Of a stretch of DNA of 64,000 nt, positions 18,034-27,832 are shown piece after piece. The position numbers and the translations under genes were made by a program. This stretch comes from Candidatus Microgenomates bacterium. Its GTDB lineage: Bacteria; Patescibacteriota; Microgenomatia; Daviesbacterales; UBA10151. Position 1 is the first letter of the stretch. Each line of letters starts with the position of its first letter. The notes under the pieces were generated by a model, which saw only the letters and a list, made by a program, of their open reading frames with translations, had not been told where the DNA came from and did not search any database. Location of the stretch: positions 502 through 64,501 of the forward strand of contig JACOYE010000008.1 in the NCBI GenBank assembly GCA_016182045.1, written 5' to 3'.

Positions 18034-19083
18034 ATGCATAAACTGACTGTTTTAGTATCTTTGATATTACTGGGAATAGCTGGTTTTGTTATTTTTAATA
18101 GAGTACCACAAGTCATTCCGCCTCAGACCGAAGATAAAAAAGAAGTCCCCCGCTTTGAAGTGATAGCCAGAAATTTAGAAGTTCCCTGGGCTTTGGCATT
18201 TTTGCCTGATGGAAAGATCTTAGTAACAGAAAGAAAAGGTATTGTAAAACTAGTAGATAAAAATGGAGCAGTAACAGAGGTGGGTAAGATAAATGTCACA
18301 CAGGTTAGTGAAAGTGGATTACATGGGATAGCTATCGATCCAAAATTCTCAGAAAATCATTATATTTACTTATATTATACTTACTCAACAAATGGTGATA
18401 ACACATTTAACAGAGTTTCCAGATTTAATTTTGATAGTAGTTTAAAGAGTGAAAAGATCATTATTGATCAGATACCTGGAGCCCCTAACCATGATGGAGG
18501 TAGAATTAAGTTTGGTCTAGGTAACATGCTTTACATCACCACCGGTGATGCCCAAAATCCATCTTTGGCTCAAGACAAGGAGTCATTTGCAGGAAAAATC
18601 TTAAGAGTCACTCAGGAAGATAAAATAGAGATTTTCTCCTATGGCCATAGAAACCCGCAAGGAATTACTTGGGATGACATGGGTAATCTATGGGAAACAG
18701 AACACGGACAGACAGCAACTGATGAGATAAATCTTATCCAACCAGTACGAAATTATGGCTGGCCAATTATTAGAGGAGATCAATCTCAAAAAGATATGGC
18801 TTCCCCCTACATACATAGTGGTTCCAATACTTGGGCACCAGCTGGAGTGGCTTTTTTCAACGGCTCACTTTACTTTGGAGGATTAAGAGGCCAGGCTCTT
18901 TTTGAATATAATATTGAAAGAAAGCAGTTGAAAGAACATTTTAAAGGACAATTTGGTAGACTCAGGGAGGTTGTTTTGGGACCGGACAATATGCTTTATA
19001 TCACCACCTCAAACAGAGATGGTAGAGGTAATCCTCAACCTGAGGATGACAAAATCATCCGTATGAATCCAGAAAAACTTTAG
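18034..19083 (+). CDS. PQQ-dependent soluble sugar (glucose/sorbosone) dehydrogenase-family beta-propeller protein
   Basis: Signal/transmembrane segment, then FLPDGKILVTERKG...GLHGIAIDPKF...GHRNPQGITWD, typical of the SGDH/YliI family. Confidence 0.7.
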   Translation: MHKLTVLVSLILLGIAGFVIFNRVPQVIPPQTEDKKEVPRFEVIARNLEVPWALAFLPDGKILVTERKGIVKLVDKNGAVTEVGKINVTQVSESGLHGIAIDPKFSENHYIYLYYTYSTNGDNTFNRVSRFNFDSSLKSEKIIIDQIPGAPNHDGGRIKFGLGNMLYITTGDAQNPSLAQDKESFAGKILRVTQEDKIEIFSYGHRNPQGITWDDMGNLWETEHGQTATDEINLIQPVRNYGWPIIRGDQSQKDMASPYIHSGSNTWAPAGVAFFNGSLYFGGLRGQALFEYNIERKQLKEHFKGQFGRLREVVLGPDNMLYITTSNRDGRGNPQPEDDKIIRMNPEKL

Positions 19084-20129
19084 TCTTTAAGATATTTATC
19101 AAAAAACTCTATTGATCTTTGCATGGCTGTTGAGAAAGAATTAGAAATATTGTGGTCATCTCCTTGGTATGTATAAAGCTCAATTTCTTTTCCGACTGCT
19201 TTTACCTGCTGCTCCAGTTTTTGGGAAAATGCGACGGGAACTGATGTATCAGCAGTTCCATGATGAAGCTGCAAAGGTCCGGAAATATCTTTTAGATATG
19301 AGTTGGCAGAGATTGAGTTCCAAAATGCCGGGTTTTGCTCCGGTGTTCCGTATTGTTCTACCAGCAAATCCCGCCATCTTCTGGCAGATGAAGGAATTCC
19401 GGGAGGAGGGGTAAATCCTCTTCTTCTCCAGTTATTTAGAAGATCATCATATGAACCAACTACTCCTGCCCAAATTACTCCAGCCTTAATATCTTTGGAA
19501 ACAACCATAGATCTTAAAGTTAAAAACCCACCCAAAGAATGCCCCCACATACCTATTTTATTGGGATTAACATTGGGATATTTTTTCAAAGATGAAAGTG
19601 CATTTAATACATCAACGGTATAAGCATTTGAACTATAGGCCCCTGTGGGTTCTCCTTCAGAGTTTCCATGTCCTCTATAATCGGGTTTGAAAACTATGTA
19701 ACCTGCTCTGGCAAATCCATCCACATATGAAACATATCTTTCCGTGGTTTGGTATTCTCTTGGTGGAATATAGCCGTGATTAAATATGATTGCTGGCCAT
19801 CCACCTTCCGGTTCCTCTCCCTTAGGGACAGTTAATAAACCATAAATTTTTAATCCTTCTGATTTATATGAAGCAATAAAGCGTTTATAGTTTGAATCAT
19901 CTTGCAATGTTTCTTCTATCACCAAATCTGAACCGGGATACTCCCCACTTCTTAATGATTCAATTGTCAAAGGGTGTAACTTAAAATCATCCAGATGGAA
20001 CTCTTCCCCCATATTATTTGTGATGTTTGTGTTTGGAGATTGAGGATTTGATCTATTTTTCTGATTGATTAAAAATATTGTTGAAGATCCAAAAATTAAG
20101 ATGAATAGCATCAGAATTAATTTGTTCAT
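19080..20129 (-). CDS. alpha/beta-hydrolase (S9/dienelactone-hydrolase-like) secreted protein
   Basis: Nucleophile elbow GMWGHSLGG, a downstream HHGTADT catalytic His region and an N-terminal signal sequence. Confidence 0.7.
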   Translation of the reverse strand: MNKLILMLFILIFGSSTIFLINQKNRSNPQSPNTNITNNMGEEFHLDDFKLHPLTIESLRSGEYPGSDLVIEETLQDDSNYKRFIASYKSEGLKIYGLLTVPKGEEPEGGWPAIIFNHGYIPPREYQTTERYVSYVDGFARAGYIVFKPDYRGHGNSEGEPTGAYSSNAYTVDVLNALSSLKKYPNVNPNKIGMWGHSLGGFLTLRSMVVSKDIKAGVIWAGVVGSYDDLLNNWRRRGFTPPPGIPSSARRWRDLLVEQYGTPEQNPAFWNSISANSYLKDISGPLQLHHGTADTSVPVAFSQKLEQQVKAVGKEIELYTYQGDDHNISNSFSTAMQRSIEFFDKYLKD

Positions 20130-20153
20130 TTGAAATCTTTATGATAATATAAC

Positions 20154-21272
20154 TTGATGAAAAGGTCAAAATCCATTACATACTCCCAAGTCGGAGATGA
20201 TTATTCTACAAAGGATCCTATTAAAATCCTTGCCCAAACTGCCGCTTCTCAGACCGCCAAATATTTAAAACAAGCATTTAATTACCAAGAAATATCCGAC
20301 AGTCGAGGCGAATCGGCATTTATTTGGCAAGTCAAAGCAGATGAGTTTATGGCTTCTGTACTGGAGGGATTGGGAACTAAAAACCTCGTTGCCGATGAAA
20401 TGAGATCAATTACGGGAAAAACTTATTATGACATCATTGCTCATGATACTGTGGCTACAATAATAAATGATCTAGCTACTTCAGGGGCCAAATCAGTTGT
20501 CTTGCACGCCTATTGGGCAATTGAGGACAATAGCTGGCTTGAGGATAAAGAGCGCATGGAAGATTTAATCCGGGGTTGGAAATCCGCATGTGATTTGTCC
20601 GAAGTAGCTTGGGGTGGTGGAGAAACACCAACCCTTAAAGGAATTATCAAACCTGAAACTGTTGAACTGGCCGGCTCGGCAATAGGAGTTATCAAAGGTG
20701 ATAAAAGAAGAATAAGGGCGGAAAGATTAAAAGCTGGTGACCGGATTATTTTTCTAAAAAGTAACGGTATTAATGCCAATGGTGTTTCACTTGCCAGGAC
20801 AATTTCCAAAAATTTAGCGGAAGGTTATGCAACAAAACTTCCAAGCGGCTTAATGTTTGGTGAAGCTCTTCTAACAAAAACAAATATCTACGCAAAGCTA
20901 ATTGGGGATCTATTGGATAAAGAAATAGATATACATTATATCTCCAACATCACAGGCCATGGACTTAGAAAGGTCATGCGAGCCCCGCAAAGTTTTGCTT
21001 ATATAATAGAAAAAGTGTATCCGATTGCGGAATTATTTTTATTTATTCAAAAACGCGCCAATTTATCTGATGAGGAAATGTACGGAACCTACAACATGGG
21101 ACAGGATTATGCTATCTTTCTACCTGCTGCTGATGTAGAAAAAGCGCAACAGATAATTTCCCAAAATGGTTTTGAAAGTTTAGATGCGGGCTCTGTTGAA
21201 GTGGGCGAAAGAAAAGTCATCATCAAACCCAAAAATATCAATTTTGAAGGCGCGACTTTGGAGCTTCGTTAA
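20154..21272 (+). CDS. purM: phosphoribosylformylglycinamidine cyclo-ligase (AIR synthase, PurM family)
   Basis: Collinear matches to PurM blocks: ITYSQVGDD, LEGLGTK, INDLATSGA, GGGETPTLKG and NITGHGL. Confidence 0.65.
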   Translation: MMKRSKSITYSQVGDDYSTKDPIKILAQTAASQTAKYLKQAFNYQEISDSRGESAFIWQVKADEFMASVLEGLGTKNLVADEMRSITGKTYYDIIAHDTVATIINDLATSGAKSVVLHAYWAIEDNSWLEDKERMEDLIRGWKSACDLSEVAWGGGETPTLKGIIKPETVELAGSAIGVIKGDKRRIRAERLKAGDRIIFLKSNGINANGVSLARTISKNLAEGYATKLPSGLMFGEALLTKTNIYAKLIGDLLDKEIDIHYISNITGHGLRKVMRAPQSFAYIIEKVYPIAELFLFIQKRANLSDEEMYGTYNMGQDYAIFLPAADVEKAQQIISQNGFESLDAGSVEVGERKVIIKPKNINFEGATLELR

Positions 21273-22255
21273 CTTCTTTCCTCATATGTTCTGTGGGCTT
21301 TGGGAATTAGTTTTTCGCTCATGGAATCCCCGTTATAAACACACCTGATTGCCTCAGCCAAAAGCGGAGCCACAGACACAATGGTAACTTTTGAATTATT
21401 TCTTATTTCATCTTTCAGGGGAACGGTATCTGTAATAAATATTTTATCCAAAATACTTGCCTTAATTCTTTCCTCAGCAGGAGGAGAGAAAAGTCCATGG
21501 GTGGCAAGTGCGGATACATTTTTCGCTCCTCTTCTTTTGATAAGATCTGCAGCATCGACAATCGTTCCCCCAGTATCAATCATATCGTCAACCAAAAGTA
21601 CTTCTTTATGCGAAACATCTCCAATCATATCTAGTATCTTACTCTGATTTGTTTTGTGCACATCTCTTTCTTTAAAAACTATGGCAATACCTTCCGCATT
21701 TAAAAGATTAGCATAAAAAGTGGCCTTCAGTACTCCTCCTTTATCTGGTGAAGCAACCACTAAATCATTGGAGTAAGTCTTCCTTAAAACAGGCAAAAAG
21801 GAATAGCTGGCATACAAATTATCCCAGGGGATTTCCACAAACCCGGGTTCCTGTTCAGAGTGAATATCCACTGTCACAATTCTATCTGCTCCAGCGTGTT
21901 CAATGAGTCTGGCAATGACTGATGCTGAAATTGGCACCCTTGGCCGATCTTTCCTGTCTTGTCTGGAATATCCGAAATATGGCACAATCGCTGAAATTTC
22001 CGATGCCGAAGATCTTTTGGCTGCATCTATCATTAAAAGAAGTTCCATAATATTTGAATCAACTGGTGGACAAGTTGGTTGGATTATAAAAACATCACGT
22101 TTTCTTAAATTCTCAGGGATAACTATTCTTTTCTCACCATCAGCAAAAACTCCCACGATCTCATCAACATTTTTCCCCAAAATTTTGGCAATATCCTTGG
22201 CAAGTTTTGCATTGGCAGTGCCAGTTAAAAGTACAAAACCATTATCATTACCCAT
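21269..22255 (-). CDS. prs: ribose-phosphate pyrophosphokinase
   Basis: GYSRQDRK, the VDDMIDTGGTI PRPP-binding loop and DIHSEQ. Confidence 0.9.
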   Translation of the reverse strand: MGNDNGFVLLTGTANAKLAKDIAKILGKNVDEIVGVFADGEKRIVIPENLRKRDVFIIQPTCPPVDSNIMELLLMIDAAKRSSASEISAIVPYFGYSRQDRKDRPRVPISASVIARLIEHAGADRIVTVDIHSEQEPGFVEIPWDNLYASYSFLPVLRKTYSNDLVVASPDKGGVLKATFYANLLNAEGIAIVFKERDVHKTNQSKILDMIGDVSHKEVLLVDDMIDTGGTIVDAADLIKRRGAKNVSALATHGLFSPPAEERIKASILDKIFITDTVPLKDEIRNNSKVTIVSVAPLLAEAIRCVYNGDSMSEKLIPKAHRTYEERS

Positions 22256-22308
22256 AATTAAGACTTGATTAAATTAATGTTACATAACAATAAAAACTTT
22301 AACAAGTG

Positions 22309-23244
22309 TCATTTTAATCCGCTTAAGCTTTTCCTTATCCTTTCTTCTATCGGATATTTAAATCTTTTAAATTTTTTTCCAGTGATCTTTTCATAAATTG
22401 TGATATATCTATTGGCAACCCCCTTTTGTAGACTTTCAGGCATCTTTGGTGGTTTTCCCTCACCTTTGTATCCACGATCCGCATACCAAATTCTTAAAAA
22501 CTCTTTGTCAAAATTTTCAGGCTCTAAACCTTTAGAGAATTTTTTATTATAAGAATCTTTAACCCAAAATCTAGAAGAATCTGGAGTATGTATTTCGTCA
22601 ATTAAAATAAGTTTTCCATCTAAAAGTCCGAACTCATATTTGGTGTCTACCAAAATTATCCCAGCCTTACTGCATATTTCTGTCCCCTTTTCAAACAATA
22701 ACAGTGCAGTTTTTTTCATCTGTTCCCAAAGTTTAGGTGGAATAATTCTCCTTTGTAGGATTTCTTTTTCAGTTAATCTTTCATCATGTCCTGTTTCTGC
22801 TTTGGTAGTGGGGGTTATCACAGGGGTTGGTAGTTTTTGATTTTTCTTTAGCCCCTCAGGAAATTTAATGCCATAAATTATTCTTTCCCCCTCCTCATAA
22901 CTGCCCCAGATTGATGTGGCAGTTACACCGGTTATGTATCCTCTGATTACCATTTCAATAGATATTGGTTTGGCATCTTTGACAATCATCACGTTTGGAT
23001 CTGGGACGGAAATCATGTGATTGGCAACGATCTTTTTAGTTTTTTCGAACCAAAAGGCAGATAAAAGATTTAAAACAGCACCTTTGTATGGAATGTATCC
23101 CAAGTTAACATCAAAAGCAGAAATTCTATCAGTGGTGATTAAAATTCTTTTACCATCAAAGATGTAGTAATCTCTTACTTTACCGCTATATTTCTTACCA
23201 TACCCTTTAATATTAATTGTTTTAAAAATATTGCTTCTCATCAA
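22309..23244 (-). CDS. purC: phosphoribosylaminoimidazole-succinocarboxamide synthase (long form)
   Basis: GKVRDYY...ITTDRISAFDV... SAICAR synthetase family. Confidence 0.85.
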   Translation of the reverse strand: MMRSNIFKTINIKGYGKKYSGKVRDYYIFDGKRILITTDRISAFDVNLGYIPYKGAVLNLLSAFWFEKTKKIVANHMISVPDPNVMIVKDAKPISIEMVIRGYITGVTATSIWGSYEEGERIIYGIKFPEGLKKNQKLPTPVITPTTKAETGHDERLTEKEILQRRIIPPKLWEQMKKTALLLFEKGTEICSKAGIILVDTKYEFGLLDGKLILIDEIHTPDSSRFWVKDSYNKKFSKGLEPENFDKEFLRIWYADRGYKGEGKPPKMPESLQKGVANRYITIYEKITGKKFKRFKYPIEERIRKSLSGLK

Positions 23245-23284
23245 GTTTGTTCTAATGATTTAAATCAATGGAACAAATTTTTTA

Positions 23285-23770
23285 TTAGGCCATCTTTAAG
23301 CTACTCGCTTTTTCCTCTACACCCAAAGCCAAATTTTTTTTATATTCTATTAACTGCTTTTCCAGACGTTTATCTGAAGTTGCCAAAATTTGCAGTGCCA
23401 AAAGTCCGGCATTTTTAGCATTGTCTATACCAACAGTTGCCACCGGAATTCCCGGAGGCATCTGCATGGTAGATAAAAGTGCATCTATACCATTTAATGC
23501 TTTACCCTGAAGAGGAACTCCTATAACTGGCAATGGAAAATGCGCTGCCACAACTCCTGCTAAATGGGCAGCCAGTCCTGCCCCACAAATTATTACCTTA
23601 CCACCACTTTGGTGAAATTTTTCCACCAGTTCTAATGTTCTTTTGGGAGACCTGTGGGCAGAAGAAATTGTCAGATCATATTCCACCCCGAACTCTTCCA
23701 AAACTTTTGCTGCCTCCCCCATCACAGGTAAATCAGAATCAGAGGCAGAGATGATTAACACTTGTTTCAT
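23285..23770 (-). CDS. purE: phosphoribosylaminoimidazole carboxylase catalytic subunit / N5-CAIR mutase (PurE)
   Basis: ISASDSDLPVM...SAHRSP...GAGLAAHLAGVVAA. No purK is present in the window. Confidence 0.9.
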   Translation of the reverse strand: MKQVLIISASDSDLPVMGEAAKVLEEFGVEYDLTISSAHRSPKRTLELVEKFHQSGGKVIICGAGLAAHLAGVVAAHFPLPVIGVPLQGKALNGIDALLSTMQMPPGIPVATVGIDNAKNAGLLALQILATSDKRLEKQLIEYKKNLALGVEEKASSLKMA

Positions 23771-25158
23771 ATTTTATTAATTTTATTAACTAAGTCTAAA
23801 GCTTTTTCGGCTGCATTACCAATATAATTTTTTGCATCCAACATTTTTTTTAAATCTTCTGCGCTTAAATATTTTTTAATTTCCGCATTTGCTAAAATCA
23901 AACCCTCCATTGGATTTTCCCTTCCCTCATGCATCTCCTGCCAAGATTTCATGGAAACCCCTCTTAGGATTTCGTGTATCTTTTGACGGTCAGCTCCTTT
24001 CTTGACTGCCTCCGCCATAATCACCTCACTAGCTGAGAAAGAGAAGAAAAATTCTAAATTCTTTGTTATTACGACTTCATTAATATTCAATCCTTTGAGA
24101 ATATTGTTTGCACTTGTCAACATTTCATCCACTGCTAAAAACATCTCCGGCATTACTACTCTTCTGTTAGCTGAATCATCCAATGTTCGTTCAAGTAACA
24201 TATGAGCTGCATTATCCCAAGTTGTCTTTGATAAATTGACTACCAGTCTTGCCAACGAACAAATTTGTTCTGCTTTAACAGGATTTCTTTTAAATGGCAT
24301 AGCAGATGAGCCAACCTGCAGTTTTCCAAAAGGCTCCTGCCATTCATTCATCCATGGAGCTTGCATAATTCTTAAATCAAAAGCAAACTTATATAAAGAT
24401 TGGGCAATTGATGAAAGTAAATTTCCAATCCAAACTTCTATTTTCCTAGGCGAAGTTTGGTTTGTTATTTCAAATCCTTCTAACCCTCCTAATCCTTCTA
24501 ATACTTCTAATTCCATCTTCTTTGCTCCTTCTTCTCCTAAAAGCTTTACGAAAGAAGCCGATGTCCCCACAGCTCCTTTCATTCCCTTGCCTTTAAGATT
24601 TTTCTTAACAAATTGGAGCAACTCTAAATCCATCAAAAGATCTTGGGCATAAAGAGAAAATCTGTATCCCAAGGTTGTGGGCTCTGCAGGTTGTAAATGG
24701 GTATATCCCATACAAACAAAGTCTGCATAATTCTCAATCTTTTTAGCAAAAGTTTTAAGAAGTTTTATCAATTCCTCCTCTACTATTTTCAGCGCCTCTC
24801 TTATTCTCAGCGTTTCTGCATTGTCCGAGATATCCATGCTGGTTGCGCCAAGGTGAATTTTACCTCCACCAATTTTGGCTTTTTCTGCAAACTCTTTGAT
24901 GGCCGCCACAACATCATGACGAGTATCTTTCTCAATCTCCCAAATTCTTTCTATATCCAAATCATCTTGATGTTTTTCTAAATCTTCCAGTTCCTCTTTG
25001 GAGACCAAACCTAATTTATGCTGGGCCCTTGCCAGTTCCACCCAAATCTTTCTCCAGGTTCTATATTTATTTTCTTCAGACCAGATGGCCCGCATTTGTT
25101 CCGATCCATATCTCCAGGAAAATGGTGACGTATATTTTTTGTAATCGTTATTTTTCAT
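23767..25158 (-). CDS. purB: adenylosuccinate lyase
   Basis: Fumarate-lyase signature GSSAMPFKRNP. Confidence 0.9.
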   Translation of the reverse strand: MKNNDYKKYTSPFSWRYGSEQMRAIWSEENKYRTWRKIWVELARAQHKLGLVSKEELEDLEKHQDDLDIERIWEIEKDTRHDVVAAIKEFAEKAKIGGGKIHLGATSMDISDNAETLRIREALKIVEEELIKLLKTFAKKIENYADFVCMGYTHLQPAEPTTLGYRFSLYAQDLLMDLELLQFVKKNLKGKGMKGAVGTSASFVKLLGEEGAKKMELEVLEGLGGLEGFEITNQTSPRKIEVWIGNLLSSIAQSLYKFAFDLRIMQAPWMNEWQEPFGKLQVGSSAMPFKRNPVKAEQICSLARLVVNLSKTTWDNAAHMLLERTLDDSANRRVVMPEMFLAVDEMLTSANNILKGLNINEVVITKNLEFFFSFSASEVIMAEAVKKGADRQKIHEILRGVSMKSWQEMHEGRENPMEGLILANAEIKKYLSAEDLKKMLDAKNYIGNAAEKALDLVNKINKI

Positions 25159-26687
25159 TAATGTCTAAATGCTCTCCTTTCTGAAAATACCATTGGTATT
25201 CCTAACTCATCTGCTGCCTTAATTGATGCTTGATCATTTAAAGATCCACCTTGCTCTAAAATTGCTCCTATCCCATACTCTCCAGCAAGTTTGACACTAT
25301 CATCAAATGGAAAAAAGCTATCACTTATTAGAATACCACCTTTGGCAAAATCTTTTGCTTGTTCTAAAGCAATTTTGGTTGCCCCAATTCTTGAAGTTTG
25401 CCCAGATCCAATTCCACGGGTCTGCGGTAACTCCTTATCTATCACAATGACTGCATTGGATCTGACAGCTCTAACTGCTTTAAAACCAAATCTCATCAAA
25501 TCCATCTGTTTATCCGTGGGCTCTTTCTTTGTAACAACCTTCCAATCCTTAAAACTTTTTTCTAAATTATCATCAAAATCCTGAAGTAATATTGCACCTG
25601 CAAAATATTTTAGATCCCATTTTTCCGAACGAGTTTTTGGAATTTCACCAAATGTATAAACTCCCATGCTTTTTCTGACCTTTTTCAAAAGTTCTAACGC
25701 CTCATCAGAAATTTGCGGCACTGCCACAATATCCACATTGCCCATCTTTTCATTTTTAAAAGTGGCAATAACCTTTGCAGCCGAAACATCCATGGGCCTA
25801 TTAATAACCATAACTCCGCCAAAAGCAGACACAGGATCTGCTTTTACAGCCCTCTCCAATGCTTCTTGGGCATCTTTACCTGTTGCTATTCCACAAGGAC
25901 TTAGATGTTTAATTACACAAGCAGCAGTCTCCTTGAACTGTCTGACAGTTTCCAAGCCGGAATAAATATCTCCAATATTTGTCCCAGACAACTCCCTTCC
26001 CCAAAGATGCTTCAGTTTCGCCAAAGGCGAATTAGTCTTAGGCATTAAATATAAAGCACCATCTTGATGGGGATTTTCTCCATATCTTAAAATATTAGTT
26101 TTTCGCAAAGGTATGGTAACTTCTTTTGGAAATTTCTCATTTGAAAAATGATTCCCTATTTGGGAATCGTAAAATGATAAATAATAAAAAGCTTTGGCAG
26201 CTAACTCTTTTCTTAATTCATTAGTTACCCTACCATTTTCCAGAACATCAGCTACCATGACATAGTCCTCTGGACTAACAACTACTATCACATTCTCATA
26301 ATTTTTGGCAGCTGCCCTTATCATGGTCGGTCCACCTACATCAATATTTTCTACTGACGGTTTTTCCTCAAAAGGATAAAGATTACAAACAACAATATCA
26401 ATTTGTGGTACTTTTAATTCCTGCGCTTCATCCCTATGTTTGGGATTTTTTCTATCGAATAAAATCCCAGATTCTATTTGGAAAGAAATAGTTTTCATTC
26501 TACCATCAAAAGAATTCCTGGGATTCCCTGTTATTTCATCAATCGGGGTCACATCTACTCCGCCCTCTTTTAAAGCTTCATATGTTCCTTCTGTTGAAAT
26601 TATGGAGTAGCCATTTTTTACCAAGACTTTTGCGAAATCAACAATTCCAGTTTTATCATAAACACTTAAAAGGGCATACTTTTTCAT
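25158..26687 (-). CDS. purH: bifunctional AICAR transformylase / IMP cyclohydrolase
   Basis: N-terminal MGS-like KKYALLSVYDKTGIVDFAK followed by the AICARFT domain; 509 aa. Confidence 0.9.
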   Translation of the reverse strand: MKKYALLSVYDKTGIVDFAKVLVKNGYSIISTEGTYEALKEGGVDVTPIDEITGNPRNSFDGRMKTISFQIESGILFDRKNPKHRDEAQELKVPQIDIVVCNLYPFEEKPSVENIDVGGPTMIRAAAKNYENVIVVVSPEDYVMVADVLENGRVTNELRKELAAKAFYYLSFYDSQIGNHFSNEKFPKEVTIPLRKTNILRYGENPHQDGALYLMPKTNSPLAKLKHLWGRELSGTNIGDIYSGLETVRQFKETAACVIKHLSPCGIATGKDAQEALERAVKADPVSAFGGVMVINRPMDVSAAKVIATFKNEKMGNVDIVAVPQISDEALELLKKVRKSMGVYTFGEIPKTRSEKWDLKYFAGAILLQDFDDNLEKSFKDWKVVTKKEPTDKQMDLMRFGFKAVRAVRSNAVIVIDKELPQTRGIGSGQTSRIGATKIALEQAKDFAKGGILISDSFFPFDDSVKLAGEYGIGAILEQGGSLNDQASIKAADELGIPMVFSERRAFRH

Positions 26688-27772
26688 GTTAAGACTTTTT
26701 CCAGTTTACCTTTCTGGATCGCTTCTTTAATCTCCATTGCCACTCTTTTACCTATAGAAATATTTTGTCCGTACAAATATCCGCTGTAAGGGGTTGCAAA
26801 AATTCCAGGAGATCCTGGCATTCTGGGTGAAACATCAAAAACTATAATTTCTTTTTTAGGAGGTCCTGGTGTTATAACAGTTTGTAATGCAAACGGGCCA
26901 ATAACACCTGGCGGTACCAAATCTTTTGTAGCTTTTACAAATTTTTCTCCCAAAGAAAATGCATCCTCTAAAAGTGATTCCAAAACTGTCACAGCAATAT
27001 GACCTGCTTCTTCATACTTGACTCCAATTTTTTTCATCACATCTTCTCCATAATGTGCTGGCAGTTTTGTTAATCCTTCTATATTGGTCTGCCTTCTGGT
27101 ATCAGTTCCAATCAGCTCTAACCTAGAGTTAAGGGGAGAATAGAAAAAGTCAAAATTAACCTGTACACCAACAATAAACTCCTCCATAACTGCTTGGTTT
27201 ATTTGCTCTTGAGTAAATCTTCCCAACCCTAATCCTTGTTTTACACCTATTTCATATTCCTTAAAAGATTCAGCAAAGAAAAATGCTCTTTCAAATCCTC
27301 TCATCTTTTCCAAGACTTTAACAATACAAAGTCTGTCAATACTTTTTGGATCTTTAAATTGTTTTGGGTATCTAATATTTGCTTTATCTAATAAATCATA
27401 CTGATTAGGTTTTACTCCCCGTTCTTCTACTTTTAATAAAAACCTATTTCCAAACATTGGTATTTTAAATTTTTTCTCAATTGCCTCATAATCATTGATG
27501 TAAACTTCAAAAGATCTATGTGGAATAAATATGCCGTTTCTTTTTATCAACTGCTTTTGAACTTCGGGTTTTAAGATGTCTGAGAACTTTGCCAATTCTA
27601 TTACTTCATCAACACATCCCAACTCATTTTCACTTTTGTAATATTTTGCATAAGTTTTGTCTCTGCCTTTTTGCACAATTACCAAAGTTTTAAACCCCTC
27701 ATCTTTGGCCCCACGGCATACATCAAGTGCTGAATGAGAACCTAATACTGCAATGGTATAACTTTTATTCAT
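26684..27772 (-). CDS. purP: archaeal-type PurP-family ATP-grasp enzyme (FAICAR synthetase-like), paralog 1
   Basis: N-terminus IAVLGSHSALDVCRGAKDEGF and a PurP-like ATP-grasp body; 362 aa. Confidence 0.65.
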   Translation of the reverse strand: MNKSYTIAVLGSHSALDVCRGAKDEGFKTLVIVQKGRDKTYAKYYKSENELGCVDEVIELAKFSDILKPEVQKQLIKRNGIFIPHRSFEVYINDYEAIEKKFKIPMFGNRFLLKVEERGVKPNQYDLLDKANIRYPKQFKDPKSIDRLCIVKVLEKMRGFERAFFFAESFKEYEIGVKQGLGLGRFTQEQINQAVMEEFIVGVQVNFDFFYSPLNSRLELIGTDTRRQTNIEGLTKLPAHYGEDVMKKIGVKYEEAGHIAVTVLESLLEDAFSLGEKFVKATKDLVPPGVIGPFALQTVITPGPPKKEIIVFDVSPRMPGSPGIFATPYSGYLYGQNISIGKRVAMEIKEAIQKGKLEKVLT

Positions 27773-27832
27773 AATTTAAAATTTTTAATTTTTAATTTGA
27801 ATTCAAATTTTAAATTTCAAATTTGAAATTTT
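27773..27832. repeat. AT-only intercistronic element with perfect palindromes AATTTGAATTCAAATT and AAATTTCAAATTTGAAATTT; member of the AT-rich intercistronic repeat family
   Basis: Shares the TTTAAATTTTTAATTT and AAATTTTAAATTTCAAA blocks with 9641-9695, 53502-53607 and 59756-59869. Confidence 0.5.
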
